Origin: a virus
Taxonomy: Duplodnaviria > Caudoviricetes
IMG/VR virus record: IMGVR_UViG_3300020045_007027
Location: 1 to 28,100 of that record
Direction: 5' to 3' (one strand)
Length of the DNA stretch: 28,100 bases
Shown here: in pieces, positions 1 through 8,396 of the stretch
How positions within the stretch are numbered: the stretch's first letter is position 1
How the letters are laid out: each line of letters begins with the position of its first letter
Program-made: the position numbers and the translations under genes
The notes under the pieces: model-generated
Seen by the model: only the letters and a program-made list of their open reading frames with translations
Databases searched by the model: none
Told to the model about the DNA's origin: nothing

Positions 1-91
1 ACAATGAAAAACCCCGACTATTAATCGGGGCAACTTTCAAAACCAAACCTAAAAAATCATTATGCAACCAAAGCCAAAAATGCAGTAACCG

Positions 92-322
92 TTGATGAAT
101 CTTTTGGCTTATGGGTTTCCAATGGCGGTTGTAAAAGACAGAAACGGAATTTACCATGCTATCGGTATTGATGATGGGATTGATTTCCAAGTTGCTCAGA
201 CTACGGGAGGTGCAAAAACAGAATTAAACGGATATACACTAACGGGAGTTTCTACAACTGGGGCATTGTCTCCTAAATTGGATTCATCAACGGTTACTGC
301 ATTTTTGGCTTTGGTTGCATAA
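92..322 (+). CDS. C-terminal part of a virion structural protein (putative major tail/tube protein), 5'-truncated
   Basis: Motif LLAYGFP..VKDRNG..GIDDG..TTGGAKTELNGYTLT, shared with ORF 2885. Followed by a strong terminator. The N-terminus is lost at the inverted-repeat junction. Confidence 0.6.
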   Translation: MMNLLAYGFPMAVVKDRNGIYHAIGIDDGIDFQVAQTTGGAKTELNGYTLTGVSTTGALSPKLDSSTVTAFLALVA

Positions 323-350
323 TGATTTTTTAGGTTTGGTTTTGAAAGTT

Positions 351-375
351 GCCCCGATTAATAGTCGGGGTTTTT
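351..375 (+). terminator. Rho-independent terminator
   Basis: CCCCGA-ttaatag-TCGGGG followed by TTTTT, about 30 nt after the stop at 322. Confidence 0.85.
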
Positions 376-379
376 CATT

Positions 380-412
380 GTAACAAATTTGTGATTTAAA
401 AGTTATAGTTAT
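380..412 (+). promoter_or_regulatory. Putative phage late (ECF-sigma-like) promoter, copy 1
   Basis: GTAACAAA-N6-ATTTAAAAGTTATA-N5-ATG(413). Same motif and spacing at 26795-26827. Confidence 0.7.
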
Positions 413-715
413 ATGATAGTAATTAATCCAGAAGCAACAGAACACACTATAACGGTTATCCCTAGATATTACCCAACGGATGCGGTTACAGTATCTGTTT
501 ATAACGAAGCAACACAACAAACGATTTCTTTAGATAACACCTATGAAATTGTAGACGGTCAAATGTTTGTTTCTTTTGAATTTGAGGTTTCTGAGAACGT
601 AAACTATCAGATTGCTATTTTAGAAGATTCCGAAGTGGTTTATCGGGATAAGATTTTCACAACCTCGCAAGTCCCGCAGGAATATAAATTAACCAATAAC
701 GTATATTACTCATAA
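413..715 (+). CDS. Hypothetical virion protein
   Basis: 100-aa acidic, beta-rich ORF; stop overlaps the portal start. Confidence 0.75.
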   Translation: MIVINPEATEHTITVIPRYYPTDAVTVSVYNEATQQTISLDNTYEIVDGQMFVSFEFEVSENVNYQIAILEDSEVVYRDKIFTTSQVPQEYKLTNNVYYS

Positions 716-2373
716 TGGCAGAAAATAAACAGGATATAAGGTTAATTCAGCTTAACAACTACATAAGACCTTCTTTATCTGAAAACAAATCAAAGAACTG
801 GGTTTTAAACGGTAAAAACAACTCTTTTTACCAATACCTTATTGATAGATATAACGGAAGTCCAACGCATTCAGCTATAGTAAACTCATATGTTGATATG
901 ATTTATGCAAATGGTATCGGAGCGCGTAATAGTGCCTTAAATACATCTGACTGGCTACGTTTTAAGGTTATATTGAAAGACACGGATATTAAAAAGATAA
1001 TTTCTGACTTTGTACTGTTCAATGAATTTTCAAATCAGGTTATTAAGGCAAAAAACGGTAAAGATTTAGGAGCTATTAAACATTTACCTAAAGAACGTGT
1101 CGCTCCATCAATCGAAAACGATAAAGAAGAAATAACAGAGTACTTTTATTGCAGGGATTGGAATAAACAAACAACTTTCACACCTGAGCCGTTTCCTGCT
1201 TTTGGATTCTCTAAAAAAGAGATTGAAATATACAACGGCAAACCATATAAGGCGGGTAAAGTATATTTTAGTGATCCTGACTACTTAGCGGGGCTTCCTT
1301 ATTGCGAAATGGAGGAAGAAATAGCCAATTACTACGTTTCGCACATTAAAAACGGTTTGTCTTTCGGTTATATCATTAATATACCTGACGGAAACTCATT
1401 AAGTCCTGAAGAAAAAGATGAATTAGAGAGAAAAATTAAATCAAGATTAACAGGAAGCTCAAATGCTGGTAGATTTGTTTTATCTTTTAACGGAAGGGAT
1501 GCAGAAATTACTGTAACACCTTTAAACGGAAATGACGCTCACAAACAATGGCAGTTTCTAACAGCAGAAAGCAGACAGCAGATAATGACAGCGCACAGGG
1601 TTGTTTCTCCTATGCTTTTCGGGATTAAAGACAATACAGGGTTTGGAAACAATGCGGATGAGCTGAAAACAGCAAGGGAACAGATTATTAAGTATGTAAT
1701 CGAGCCTAAACAACGCTTTATCATTGATTGCATTAAAGAACAGTTGGAACATTATAACATCAACTTAGATTTATATTTCAAACCAACAGGAGAATTGACT
1801 TCGGCGGTAAATCTTTCCAAAGATGAAAAAAAAAATCCTGATTTAGAAAGTTTCCTATCATTAGGGGAAGATATTCCGAAGGGTTTTGAGTTATTGTATG
1901 AAATAGAGGTTGATTATGATGAAGAAATAGAATTAACGTTAGCAAGTACAGGAAACGCTTTTCCTAACGCTAAAAGCAAACAAGATGGTGAAGACTTCAT
2001 AGTTAGATACCGATATTCAGGAAGTTCTATTGGGGAAAGGGATTTTTGCAATAAAATGTTAACAGCGAATAAGCTTTACAGGAAGGAAGATATAATTGCA
2101 ATGGAGAATAAGTCGGTTAATCCAGGTTGGGGGCCAAATGGGGCTAATACTTATTCGATATGGCTTTATAAAGGCGGTGGAAACTGTCATCACAAGTGGT
2201 TTAGAGTCATTTATGCCAAACAGGGCGTTAAAATAGACGTTAATTCGCCACTTGCAAAGATAATAACAACGTCCGAAGCACGTAGACAGGGGATGAAACT
2301 CGAAGCAAACGATAGTTTAGTAAGTATTGAACCTCGTTTTATGGTTAATAACGGATTTTTAGAGAAAAGATAA
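715..2373 (+). CDS. Portal protein with C-terminal Cys/His (minor-head/MuF-like) extension
   Basis: 552 aa with portal-like features (YNGSPTHSAI, LTGSSNAGRFVLSF, AHRVVSPMLFGIK, IEPKQ). C-terminal RDFC...GGGNCHHKW domain. Confidence 0.85.
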   Translation: MAENKQDIRLIQLNNYIRPSLSENKSKNWVLNGKNNSFYQYLIDRYNGSPTHSAIVNSYVDMIYANGIGARNSALNTSDWLRFKVILKDTDIKKIISDFVLFNEFSNQVIKAKNGKDLGAIKHLPKERVAPSIENDKEEITEYFYCRDWNKQTTFTPEPFPAFGFSKKEIEIYNGKPYKAGKVYFSDPDYLAGLPYCEMEEEIANYYVSHIKNGLSFGYIINIPDGNSLSPEEKDELERKIKSRLTGSSNAGRFVLSFNGRDAEITVTPLNGNDAHKQWQFLTAESRQQIMTAHRVVSPMLFGIKDNTGFGNNADELKTAREQIIKYVIEPKQRFIIDCIKEQLEHYNINLDLYFKPTGELTSAVNLSKDEKKNPDLESFLSLGEDIPKGFELLYEIEVDYDEEIELTLASTGNAFPNAKSKQDGEDFIVRYRYSGSSIGERDFCNKMLTANKLYRKEDIIAMENKSVNPGWGPNGANTYSIWLYKGGGNCHHKWFRVIYAKQGVKIDVNSPLAKIITTSEARRQGMKLEANDSLVSIEPRFMVNNGFLEKR

Positions 2374-2897
2374 TGGCAGAATTTCTATTTACAACACCTG
2401 AAGAAATGGCATCCACTACAGTATTGGGCGGTAATGTCGATGTAGACAAATACATTCCGTGTGTAGCGAGTGTTCAGTTAGTGGTAATCGAACCATTATT
2501 AGGTACATTACTCTACGATAAGATAGCAACGGATGCCGAAGCCGATACTTTAACGGGATTATACCTTGAATTATACGAGAAATTCGTTAAACCGATAACC
2601 AAAAACATGGCTGTTGCTGAATATATTGAAATAGGTTCGTATATGGTAACTAACGGAGGTATATTTAAACACACAGGCGATAATATCGAGGTTGTAGACA
2701 AACAGGAAACACAATATTTAGCAGGAAAGTATCGCGCAATAGCTCAGGCAATGATAATCAGATTCAATAAATGGATTTGCAAGAACACAATAGCCGAATA
2801 TAAAGTTTGTCAGGATGAAGTCGGAGCAAATAAGAACATGAACCTTACAGCAGGATGGAAATTAGACAGAGGAAGTGATGAAATATGGAAATTGTAA
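2373..2897 (+). CDS. Putative head-tail adaptor/connector
   Basis: 174 aa directly after portal, translationally coupled; IEPLLGTLLY motif. Confidence 0.6.
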   Translation: MAEFLFTTPEEMASTTVLGGNVDVDKYIPCVASVQLVVIEPLLGTLLYDKIATDAEADTLTGLYLELYEKFVKPITKNMAVAEYIEIGSYMVTNGGIFKHTGDNIEVVDKQETQYLAGKYRAIAQAMIIRFNKWICKNTIAEYKVCQDEVGANKNMNLTAGWKLDRGSDEIWKL

Positions 2898-3454
2898 TAA
2901 CACAAGGCTATAACAGGAAATGTAAAGATAGTATTTCGGGTATTTCCGAAGTGTACTTGTTTCCTTTTGTGAAATATCCACGTAGTTTAATAGTTACCGT
3001 TGCCAATGTATTAACATCATTCCCAACAACAACGATTTATAAGTTTTACTGCAATGGAAATCCAGTTGCTAATGAACCAATGGAGCAGGACTCAGGGGGT
3101 AAGTTTTACAATCAGTCTTTATCTTTGGATTTACAGTATAATGGCAATCCTTTTGAGCTTCAGAAACTTTTAAAGAAAGATTATCGTTTAATATTTAGAG
3201 ACAGAAACGGATTATACCGTATATTTGGATTATACACGGGTTTGGAAGGAACAAATCTTAATTATACAACAGGCAATTCCAAAACAGATTTAAATGGCTT
3301 TAAAATTGATTTTTCGGGGCGTGAGGAAAAACAAAGTTTCTTTATAACTGACTTGGAGGATGCAGGATTTTTAAGCTCTGAATTTAACTACAGGCTTTTA
3401 GAGGATGGCGGAATAAGATTAACGGAAGATAATAAATTTAGAATACTTGAATAA
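2885..3454 (+). CDS. Structural protein paralogous to ORF 92-322 (tail-tube-like)
   Basis: CKDSISGISEVY...RDRNGLY..G...G...TTGNSKTDLNGF aligns by eye with ORF 92-322. Confidence 0.6.
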   Translation: MEIVITQGYNRKCKDSISGISEVYLFPFVKYPRSLIVTVANVLTSFPTTTIYKFYCNGNPVANEPMEQDSGGKFYNQSLSLDLQYNGNPFELQKLLKKDYRLIFRDRNGLYRIFGLYTGLEGTNLNYTTGNSKTDLNGFKIDFSGREEKQSFFITDLEDAGFLSSEFNYRLLEDGGIRLTEDNKFRILE

Positions 3455-4611
3455 TGGCAAATGAAAAAATATCAGGTTTAGATCCAGCAACCACACCATT
3501 GGCAGGAACTGAATTAATAGAAATAGTTCAGGGCGGTGTAAACAAAAAAGTTGCCGTTTCTAATATAGGAGGTGGTTCTACTCCTAACCTTGAAGAAGTT
3601 TTAACAGAGGGGAATACAGCTACCGATAAATCAATTGTACTACAAAGCTCAACTGTTGACAGATATACTGAATATGGCGATAATGGAGTTTCTGTGGTCA
3701 ATAACGACACGCAAACGTCTGCCTTTTGTAATGATATAAATGTTGGTATTTCAAACGCGGATGACCAAATATTACTGTATCCTGAAAAAATAGAATACAC
3801 CGACGCAACAACGGGATATAATACAAAAATAATATTTGAAACGCCTTCATCACTTGGGAACAACATTTCGGTTAAAGACGCTGGTGCAAGTGACCAACAA
3901 ATTGCCTTTGTTTCGGATATTTTAACAACTTTATTAGCAGGTATTTCAGCATCAATTGGAACATTTACAAGCTCTAACACAATTTTAGAAGCCTTTGGAA
4001 AAGTAAAATACTTAATCGACAATTTATCCACTCTGATACTTGGTCAGGTTCTAACAGGGTTTACAGGTGCAGCAGGAACGGTTACAAGTTCAGACAGTAT
4101 TTTATCCGCTTTTAATAAAATCGTTGGGAATTTAGCTTTAAAAGTAGATAAAAACAGATTTATATTTCAAGGCAAAACAAGTATTACTGGAGTTACTGGC
4201 GAAAACGTAATATTCACAATGAAAGTCGATGCCAACACTTATGGCGCAAGTGATGCTTTTAATTTCTACATGACACCTTTAAAATCTGTTACAGCCACTA
4301 CAGTAGAGTATCGAACCTATATCGGTACAAGTGCGGGGGCTTTAACCAAACAAATCGGGCGTGTTATAGCTAATGCAACAACTTTAACTTTAGATTACAA
4401 AAGGCTTTACCATTTAGATAGTGGGCTGTTAGATTGTTCGGTAGGATTTACAACTAATGCAACAACTGGATACAATCAAAACACTTCGGTTAACTCGCCT
4501 TTAGCAACTTGTAATCCTGCAAGTGATTTTTGGATAACCGTAACAGGAAATCCAACCCTTATAACTGAAGTAATTGGAGTGATGGACGCTTCAATAAATC
4601 CTTTAAAATAA
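3454..4611 (+). CDS. Tail fibre / receptor-binding protein
   Basis: N-terminal KISGL...LAGTELIEIVQGG motif, GGG linker, Thr/Ser/Gly-rich, two internal ~39-aa repeats (LAGISASIGTFTSSNTILEAFGKV / LTGFTGAAGTVTSSDSILSAFNKI); lies just before the lysis genes. Confidence 0.7.
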   Translation: MANEKISGLDPATTPLAGTELIEIVQGGVNKKVAVSNIGGGSTPNLEEVLTEGNTATDKSIVLQSSTVDRYTEYGDNGVSVVNNDTQTSAFCNDINVGISNADDQILLYPEKIEYTDATTGYNTKIIFETPSSLGNNISVKDAGASDQQIAFVSDILTTLLAGISASIGTFTSSNTILEAFGKVKYLIDNLSTLILGQVLTGFTGAAGTVTSSDSILSAFNKIVGNLALKVDKNRFIFQGKTSITGVTGENVIFTMKVDANTYGASDAFNFYMTPLKSVTATTVEYRTYIGTSAGALTKQIGRVIANATTLTLDYKRLYHLDSGLLDCSVGFTTNATTGYNQNTSVNSPLATCNPASDFWITVTGNPTLITEVIGVMDASINPLK

Positions 4612-4616
4612 TTATT

Positions 4617-5021
4617 ATGGCAACAGAAACAACAAAGAAGTTAAGGAATTGGGCGCACTTTTTAGCAACCGTAATTTTACTTTATAGAACTGGTCAGTAT
4701 TTCGATATGCACAATTACTTATATGACCCGCAAAACCCTTTTGAATGGATATTTGAAATGTCTTTGTATGTCGTTGTTGGTGGTTTTGCAATTGGTTGTT
4801 TATTTGGTGGAGCTTATGAAATCCCCTATAAACTTGTTTTATTCAAAGAACGGGCAGATGCAATGGATATTATCAACAGTGGTTACGGTGGTCAGGTTGG
4901 ATTACTGCTTTACTTCATATTCCCTTTTGTTCCATTGACTATTCAATACATATTATTAGGAGTTATCGGAGTTGGCATTTTAGCTGATTTATATTTTACG
5001 ATAAAAAGAAAACCCAAATAA
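4617..5021 (+). CDS. Multi-pass membrane protein
   Basis: 134 aa, about four hydrophobic segments. Confidence 0.7.
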   Translation: MATETTKKLRNWAHFLATVILLYRTGQYFDMHNYLYDPQNPFEWIFEMSLYVVVGGFAIGCLFGGAYEIPYKLVLFKERADAMDIINSGYGGQVGLLLYFIFPFVPLTIQYILLGVIGVGILADLYFTIKRKPK

Positions 5022-5273
5022 ATGGCGCACCTGATTAACGATACTTTATTAGTCAAAGGCAAATACTCGATGAAAAGGGTATTGGTAGCTGTATCTTTTC
5101 CTTACACTTTATGGGTTGGATATAGAATAGTTACTTATGAAAACTGTCCAGTAAATGCTGTACAGGTTTTTTCATCGCTATTAGCTTTTATTGTTGGGGT
5201 TGTCGTTACAAGTGCTTATGCTAAAAAACAAGAAACAAAAGAAGAAATAACAAATACAGAAAACTATGAATGA
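5022..5273 (+). CDS. Putative holin-like membrane protein
   Basis: 83 aa, two hydrophobic helices, charged C-terminus, upstream of the endolysin. Confidence 0.55.
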   Translation: MAHLINDTLLVKGKYSMKRVLVAVSFPYTLWVGYRIVTYENCPVNAVQVFSSLLAFIVGVVVTSAYAKKQETKEEITNTENYE

Positions 5274-5385
5274 ATTAACCGCACAACAAAAAGAAGCAAT
5301 CGACAAAATTAATGAAATGATAGTCGAGTTTGAATTGGTAGTAATAATTGAAAACAACGTAGTAATTCCAAAACCACCGAAATAG
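5266..5385 (+). CDS. Small ORF, 39 aa (MNELTAQQKEAIDKINEMIVEFELVVIIENNVVIPKPPK)
   Basis: Not in the ORF track. Fills the gap exactly: overlaps the stop of 5022-5273 and ends 1 nt before ATG 5387. Confidence 0.65.
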   Translation: MNELTAQQKEAIDKINEMIVEFELVVIIENNVVIPKPPK

Positions 5386-5386
5386 G

Positions 5387-5737
5387 ATGAAGCAATTAAA
5401 CAGGATTTTAGGGTATTTGCCTATATTTATTTATGGGTATAGCGCAATACTACCATTTATAATCTTGTTTTGCCTTGATTGGTTTAAAAGGAATAATAAT
5501 TATTTGGAGTTGATAGATTTTGTTTTATGTATTGTTTGCCTATTACATTTTTTATTCAATTATAAATCATACACGCACTTAGCTAAAAGCAGTTTTGCGG
5601 TTATGATAATACTGACAATGTACCACGTAATTTATTACAACTTTGATATTTGTAATCACGTTTATTACACACTATACGGAATAATATTAGCAATTAATCC
5701 CTTGTATTTTTTAATGAGGGAAATTATAAAGCCTTAA
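5387..5737 (+). CDS. Multi-pass membrane protein
   Basis: 116 aa, about four hydrophobic, Tyr-rich segments. Confidence 0.7.
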   Translation: MKQLNRILGYLPIFIYGYSAILPFIILFCLDWFKRNNNYLELIDFVLCIVCLLHFLFNYKSYTHLAKSSFAVMIILTMYHVIYYNFDICNHVYYTLYGIILAINPLYFLMREIIKP

Positions 5738-5740
5738 AGA

Positions 5741-6058
5741 ATGACAGCAGAACAACAAAAACAATCTAACGATATTGTGGAGGTAAAAGGGAAAATAGGA
5801 AGGATTGAGAATCATTTGGAATTACTGAAAAAAGCACAGATTCAGTCTGAGGAAGTACACGTGGAAAACTCAAAGAAACTCGATACTATTTTAGCGACCT
5901 TTACCGATAGCCCTTACAACGCAAATAATGGATTTGTAAAACGTATAAATGCTATCGAAAAGATAGTTGACAACCACGTTTTGTTTTGGCGTATTTTAAT
6001 TGGTTCGATTTCGGGAGGTTCGATATTGTGGGTATTTGTAAAAATAATAATTAAATGA
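5741..6058 (+). CDS. Coiled-coil protein with C-terminal TM helix (holin-like candidate)
   Basis: Immediately upstream of the endolysin; single C-terminal hydrophobic helix. Confidence 0.55.
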   Translation: MTAEQQKQSNDIVEVKGKIGRIENHLELLKKAQIQSEEVHVENSKKLDTILATFTDSPYNANNGFVKRINAIEKIVDNHVLFWRILIGSISGGSILWVFVKIIIK

Positions 6059-6059
6059 T

Positions 6060-6506
6060 ATGAGTAAAATAATTGAGATTGCAAGTAAAGAAGTCGGAAC
6101 AACTGAAGTTCCTAAAAATTCAAACAATACAAAGTATGGTAAGTGGTTCGGATTAGATGGTGTGGCGTGGTGCGGTATGTTCGTTAGTTGGTGCTATTTC
6201 CAAGCGGGTAAGCAATTACCTAAAATTGGATTTACTAAAGGATTTGCGGGTTGCCAAACAGCCGTAAAATACTTTTTAGATAACAAAAAAACAACTGCAT
6301 TTCCTGAGGCGGGGGATATTGTTTTCTTTGATTGGAACGGGGACAACCGATACGATCATACGGGACTATTCGTAAAATGGATTGAGCAAGGTGTAATCTT
6401 TGAAACTATCGAAGGAAATACAGCTATCGGAAATGACAGCAATGGAGGAAAAGTAATGATAAGACGCAGACAAAACAAGGGAGTTCTATTTGTTAAGCCT
6501 TTTTAA
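6060..6506 (+). CDS. Endolysin, CHAP-domain cysteine peptidase
   Basis: AWCGMFVSW (catalytic Cys), GDIVFF, DHTGL (His) and TIEGNT motifs. Confidence 0.9.
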   Translation: MSKIIEIASKEVGTTEVPKNSNNTKYGKWFGLDGVAWCGMFVSWCYFQAGKQLPKIGFTKGFAGCQTAVKYFLDNKKTTAFPEAGDIVFFDWNGDNRYDHTGLFVKWIEQGVIFETIEGNTAIGNDSNGGKVMIRRRQNKGVLFVKPF

Positions 6507-6562
6507 TAGATTAGACTGTGTAGCTAATGCTGAATTGTTAGGATTGAGTTTGAGGGAGAAAT

Positions 6563-6590
6563 AAAAAACCGCCTCGGTTAAGAAGCGGTT
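6563..6590 (-). terminator. Intrinsic terminator oriented for a minus-strand transcript
   Basis: Minus strand AACCGCTTC-ttaacc-GAGGCGGTT-TTTT. The U-tract is on the minus-strand side. Confidence 0.75.
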
Positions 6591-6684
6591 AATGTTTTTC
6601 GTAAGCCGTAATTTTCAGTCCGCTATGGTTTCAAAGCCATTAAGCACTTACTTTAAAAATAAGGTTTTGGACACCTAGTAATTT
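6563..6684 (-). ncRNA. Candidate small RNA (~120 nt) between endolysin and spanin-like gene
   Basis: Bounded by a TATATTTG promoter element (6690-6697) and the terminator at 6563-6590. Internal stems GTAAG/CTTAC and ATGG/CCAT; no substantial ORF. Confidence 0.5.
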
Positions 6685-6689
6685 CAATT

Positions 6690-6697
6690 CAAATATA
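6690..6697 (-). promoter_or_regulatory. Bacteroidota primary-sigma -7 element (TATATTTG)
   Basis: Matches TAnnTTTG; -33 element spacing is imperfect. Confidence 0.5.
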
Positions 6698-6706
6698 CAA
6701 AACAAA

Positions 6707-7372
6707 ATGGAAACAAACTATTCAAAAGGAAATAAATCGCTTAAGATAATCTTAGGGTTTGTCGCTATACTTTTCGTAATACTATTTTTCAAAGGTTGCT
6801 TTGATAAAAAAGGCGAAATGGTAACTGTGTACACTAAACCATCTAAAGTGATTACTCAAATTGGGAAACCCGAAATAATTGTGCTTCACGATACCGTTTT
6901 CATCGAAAAGTATTTCCCGAAAGATATTTCAAAAAAAGATAAGGAATTTTACAAATCTGAAACCAAAAGGTTATTGTCTGAATACGACAGTTTGGATTTA
7001 GCCTTCAGAAGCTCAAATGACAGCCTACAACAGATTATCTATCAAAAAACAATACTTCCTAAGGCTTTTACAAAAACGTGGGAAAACGACACTTTAAAAT
7101 CAACTGTGTTTGGAATATTATCCGGCACGATTCACTCAATGCAATTAAAAACCGATATTAAATCTCGAAAAGAAACCATTAAAATACCTAAAACTGTTTT
7201 TAGGCTTATTTCAGGCATAGAAATCGGCGCGACTAAGGATTTATCCAAAACTAACTTTAAAGCTAACGTAGGCTTTCAGAATAAGTCAGGAAGCATAATT
7301 TCAGCTTCGATTGATTCTGATGAAAGGATTTATATTGGATATTCGTTTTCGGTGTTTTCGATTAAGCGATAA
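6707..7372 (+). CDS. Membrane-anchored protein, putative spanin-like lysis accessory
   Basis: N-terminal TM/signal ending FKGC, helical middle, C-terminal amphipathic beta strands; follows the endolysin. Confidence 0.55.
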   Translation: METNYSKGNKSLKIILGFVAILFVILFFKGCFDKKGEMVTVYTKPSKVITQIGKPEIIVLHDTVFIEKYFPKDISKKDKEFYKSETKRLLSEYDSLDLAFRSSNDSLQQIIYQKTILPKAFTKTWENDTLKSTVFGILSGTIHSMQLKTDIKSRKETIKIPKTVFRLISGIEIGATKDLSKTNFKANVGFQNKSGSIISASIDSDERIYIGYSFSVFSIKR

Positions 7373-7425
7373 TTGGTTGTTGCTTCTTATTCCGATTTAC
7401 TTTCTTTGGAAGAAGTATAAAGGAT

Positions 7426-7605
7426 TTATTGTTTAATTATTTTTTGCGCATCCTGAACAGTAAGTAATTTATTTTTTTTTATTAGTTCGTTTATTTCGTT
7501 TGCTTTCTTAAAATCAACCAAGTGTTCATGGCGTCCGTTTATAATTAATTTTCCTGTAGTAAAAGTATATTCAAGAATTTTTATTTTTTCGACTGTATTT
7601 TCCAT
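7426..7605 (-). CDS. Hypothetical protein, 59 aa (MENTVEKIKILEYTFTTGKLIINGRHEHL...)
   Basis: Translated manually; A-rich leader; last gene of the minus-strand operon. Confidence 0.6.
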   Translation of the reverse strand: MENTVEKIKILEYTFTTGKLIINGRHEHLVDFKKANEINELIKKNKLLTVQDAQKIIKQ

Positions 7606-7817
7606 AATTTAAATTTTATTGTTTTTTACTTTTGATTATCGCTGCTGTTATCTATGTAAGGAAGTAAGGTTTTAGGTTGCCTTTTAGAAGTTAATTACAC
7701 TAAGCGCTCGACTCAGTCCACAAAGTGCCGTTTTTAGGCTATTAATTAGCGTTAATCCCAATGAATATTGGGCGCTCAATGTGAGCCAACTATTCGATAA
7801 ATTAGAGTAGTTCAATC

Positions 7818-8135
7818 TTAATTATTTTTTATTATCGGTTGTTTTTCTTTGTAGAAAGGAGGTTCGTGTATATTTAGAAAGCTATAAATATCTTTCATTG
7901 TTTCTTCCCATTGCTTTTCGTGTTGAATGAGCGGCGCTCCATTTTGTAAATCCGCCAAATCTCGCAATAAAAAAACTGAACGATTTATTATTTCTTCAAA
8001 GCGCCAACAATTAGTTAAAAACTTTACATTTTCAGCAATTATAATGTTCCGTTTATCGTAGGAAATATTTTTATCATTTTTCAAACTGTTAATTCTATTT
8101 TCAATAGTTTTTATAATATCATTTACGTTATTCAT
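7818..8135 (-). CDS. Hypothetical protein
   Basis: 105-aa ORF in operon; LRDLADLQNGAPL motif. Confidence 0.7.
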   Translation of the reverse strand: MNNVNDIIKTIENRINSLKNDKNISYDKRNIIIAENVKFLTNCWRFEEIINRSVFLLRDLADLQNGAPLIQHEKQWEETMKDIYSFLNIHEPPFYKEKQPIIKNN

Positions 8136-8181
8136 AATTTTATTTTATTATTTCTGTTTATCTGTATTGGAGGAAATAAGG

Positions 8182-8376
8182 CTAATTTTCAACTTCTTCT
8201 ATCCATTCCCATTTTTCGCTACCGTCTGAACCTTGCCACATTTGTTGAAGGCGTAATTCATAAGTTCCTGTATTTTCATCAATAGGAATAACTTTTTTAG
8301 CGTATCTAAGATTCATTGTTTTTTCATATTCAACAATAGGAATGCAACTTGTGATATATCGTTTTTCTTTTTTCAT
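8182..8376 (-). CDS. Hypothetical protein
   Basis: 64 aa, LQQMWQ...WEW motif. Confidence 0.7.
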   Translation of the reverse strand: MKKEKRYITSCIPIVEYEKTMNLRYAKKVIPIDENTGTYELRLQQMWQGSDGSEKWEWIEEVEN

Positions 8377-8396
8377 CTTTAATTTTTTAGTTGTTA

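Larger units (their letters stand above)
1..381. repeat. Perfect 101-bp inverted repeat (1-101 is the reverse complement of 281-381)
   Basis: Base-by-base comparison. The left copy starts at the window edge and replaces the 5' part of the gene at 92-322. Confidence 0.95.

Noticed and set aside
287-2701. Minus-strand ORFs 287-520, 1539-1733, 1558-1752, 2513-2701
   Set aside because: Antisense shadows of structural genes.
3528-4031. 167-aa minus-strand ORF
   Set aside because: Antisense shadow of the tail fibre gene; no motif or plausible start context.
6595-6625. Hammerhead-like CTGAAAA...GAAA in the candidate sRNA
   Set aside because: Core requires CUGANGA and three flanking stems; not satisfied.
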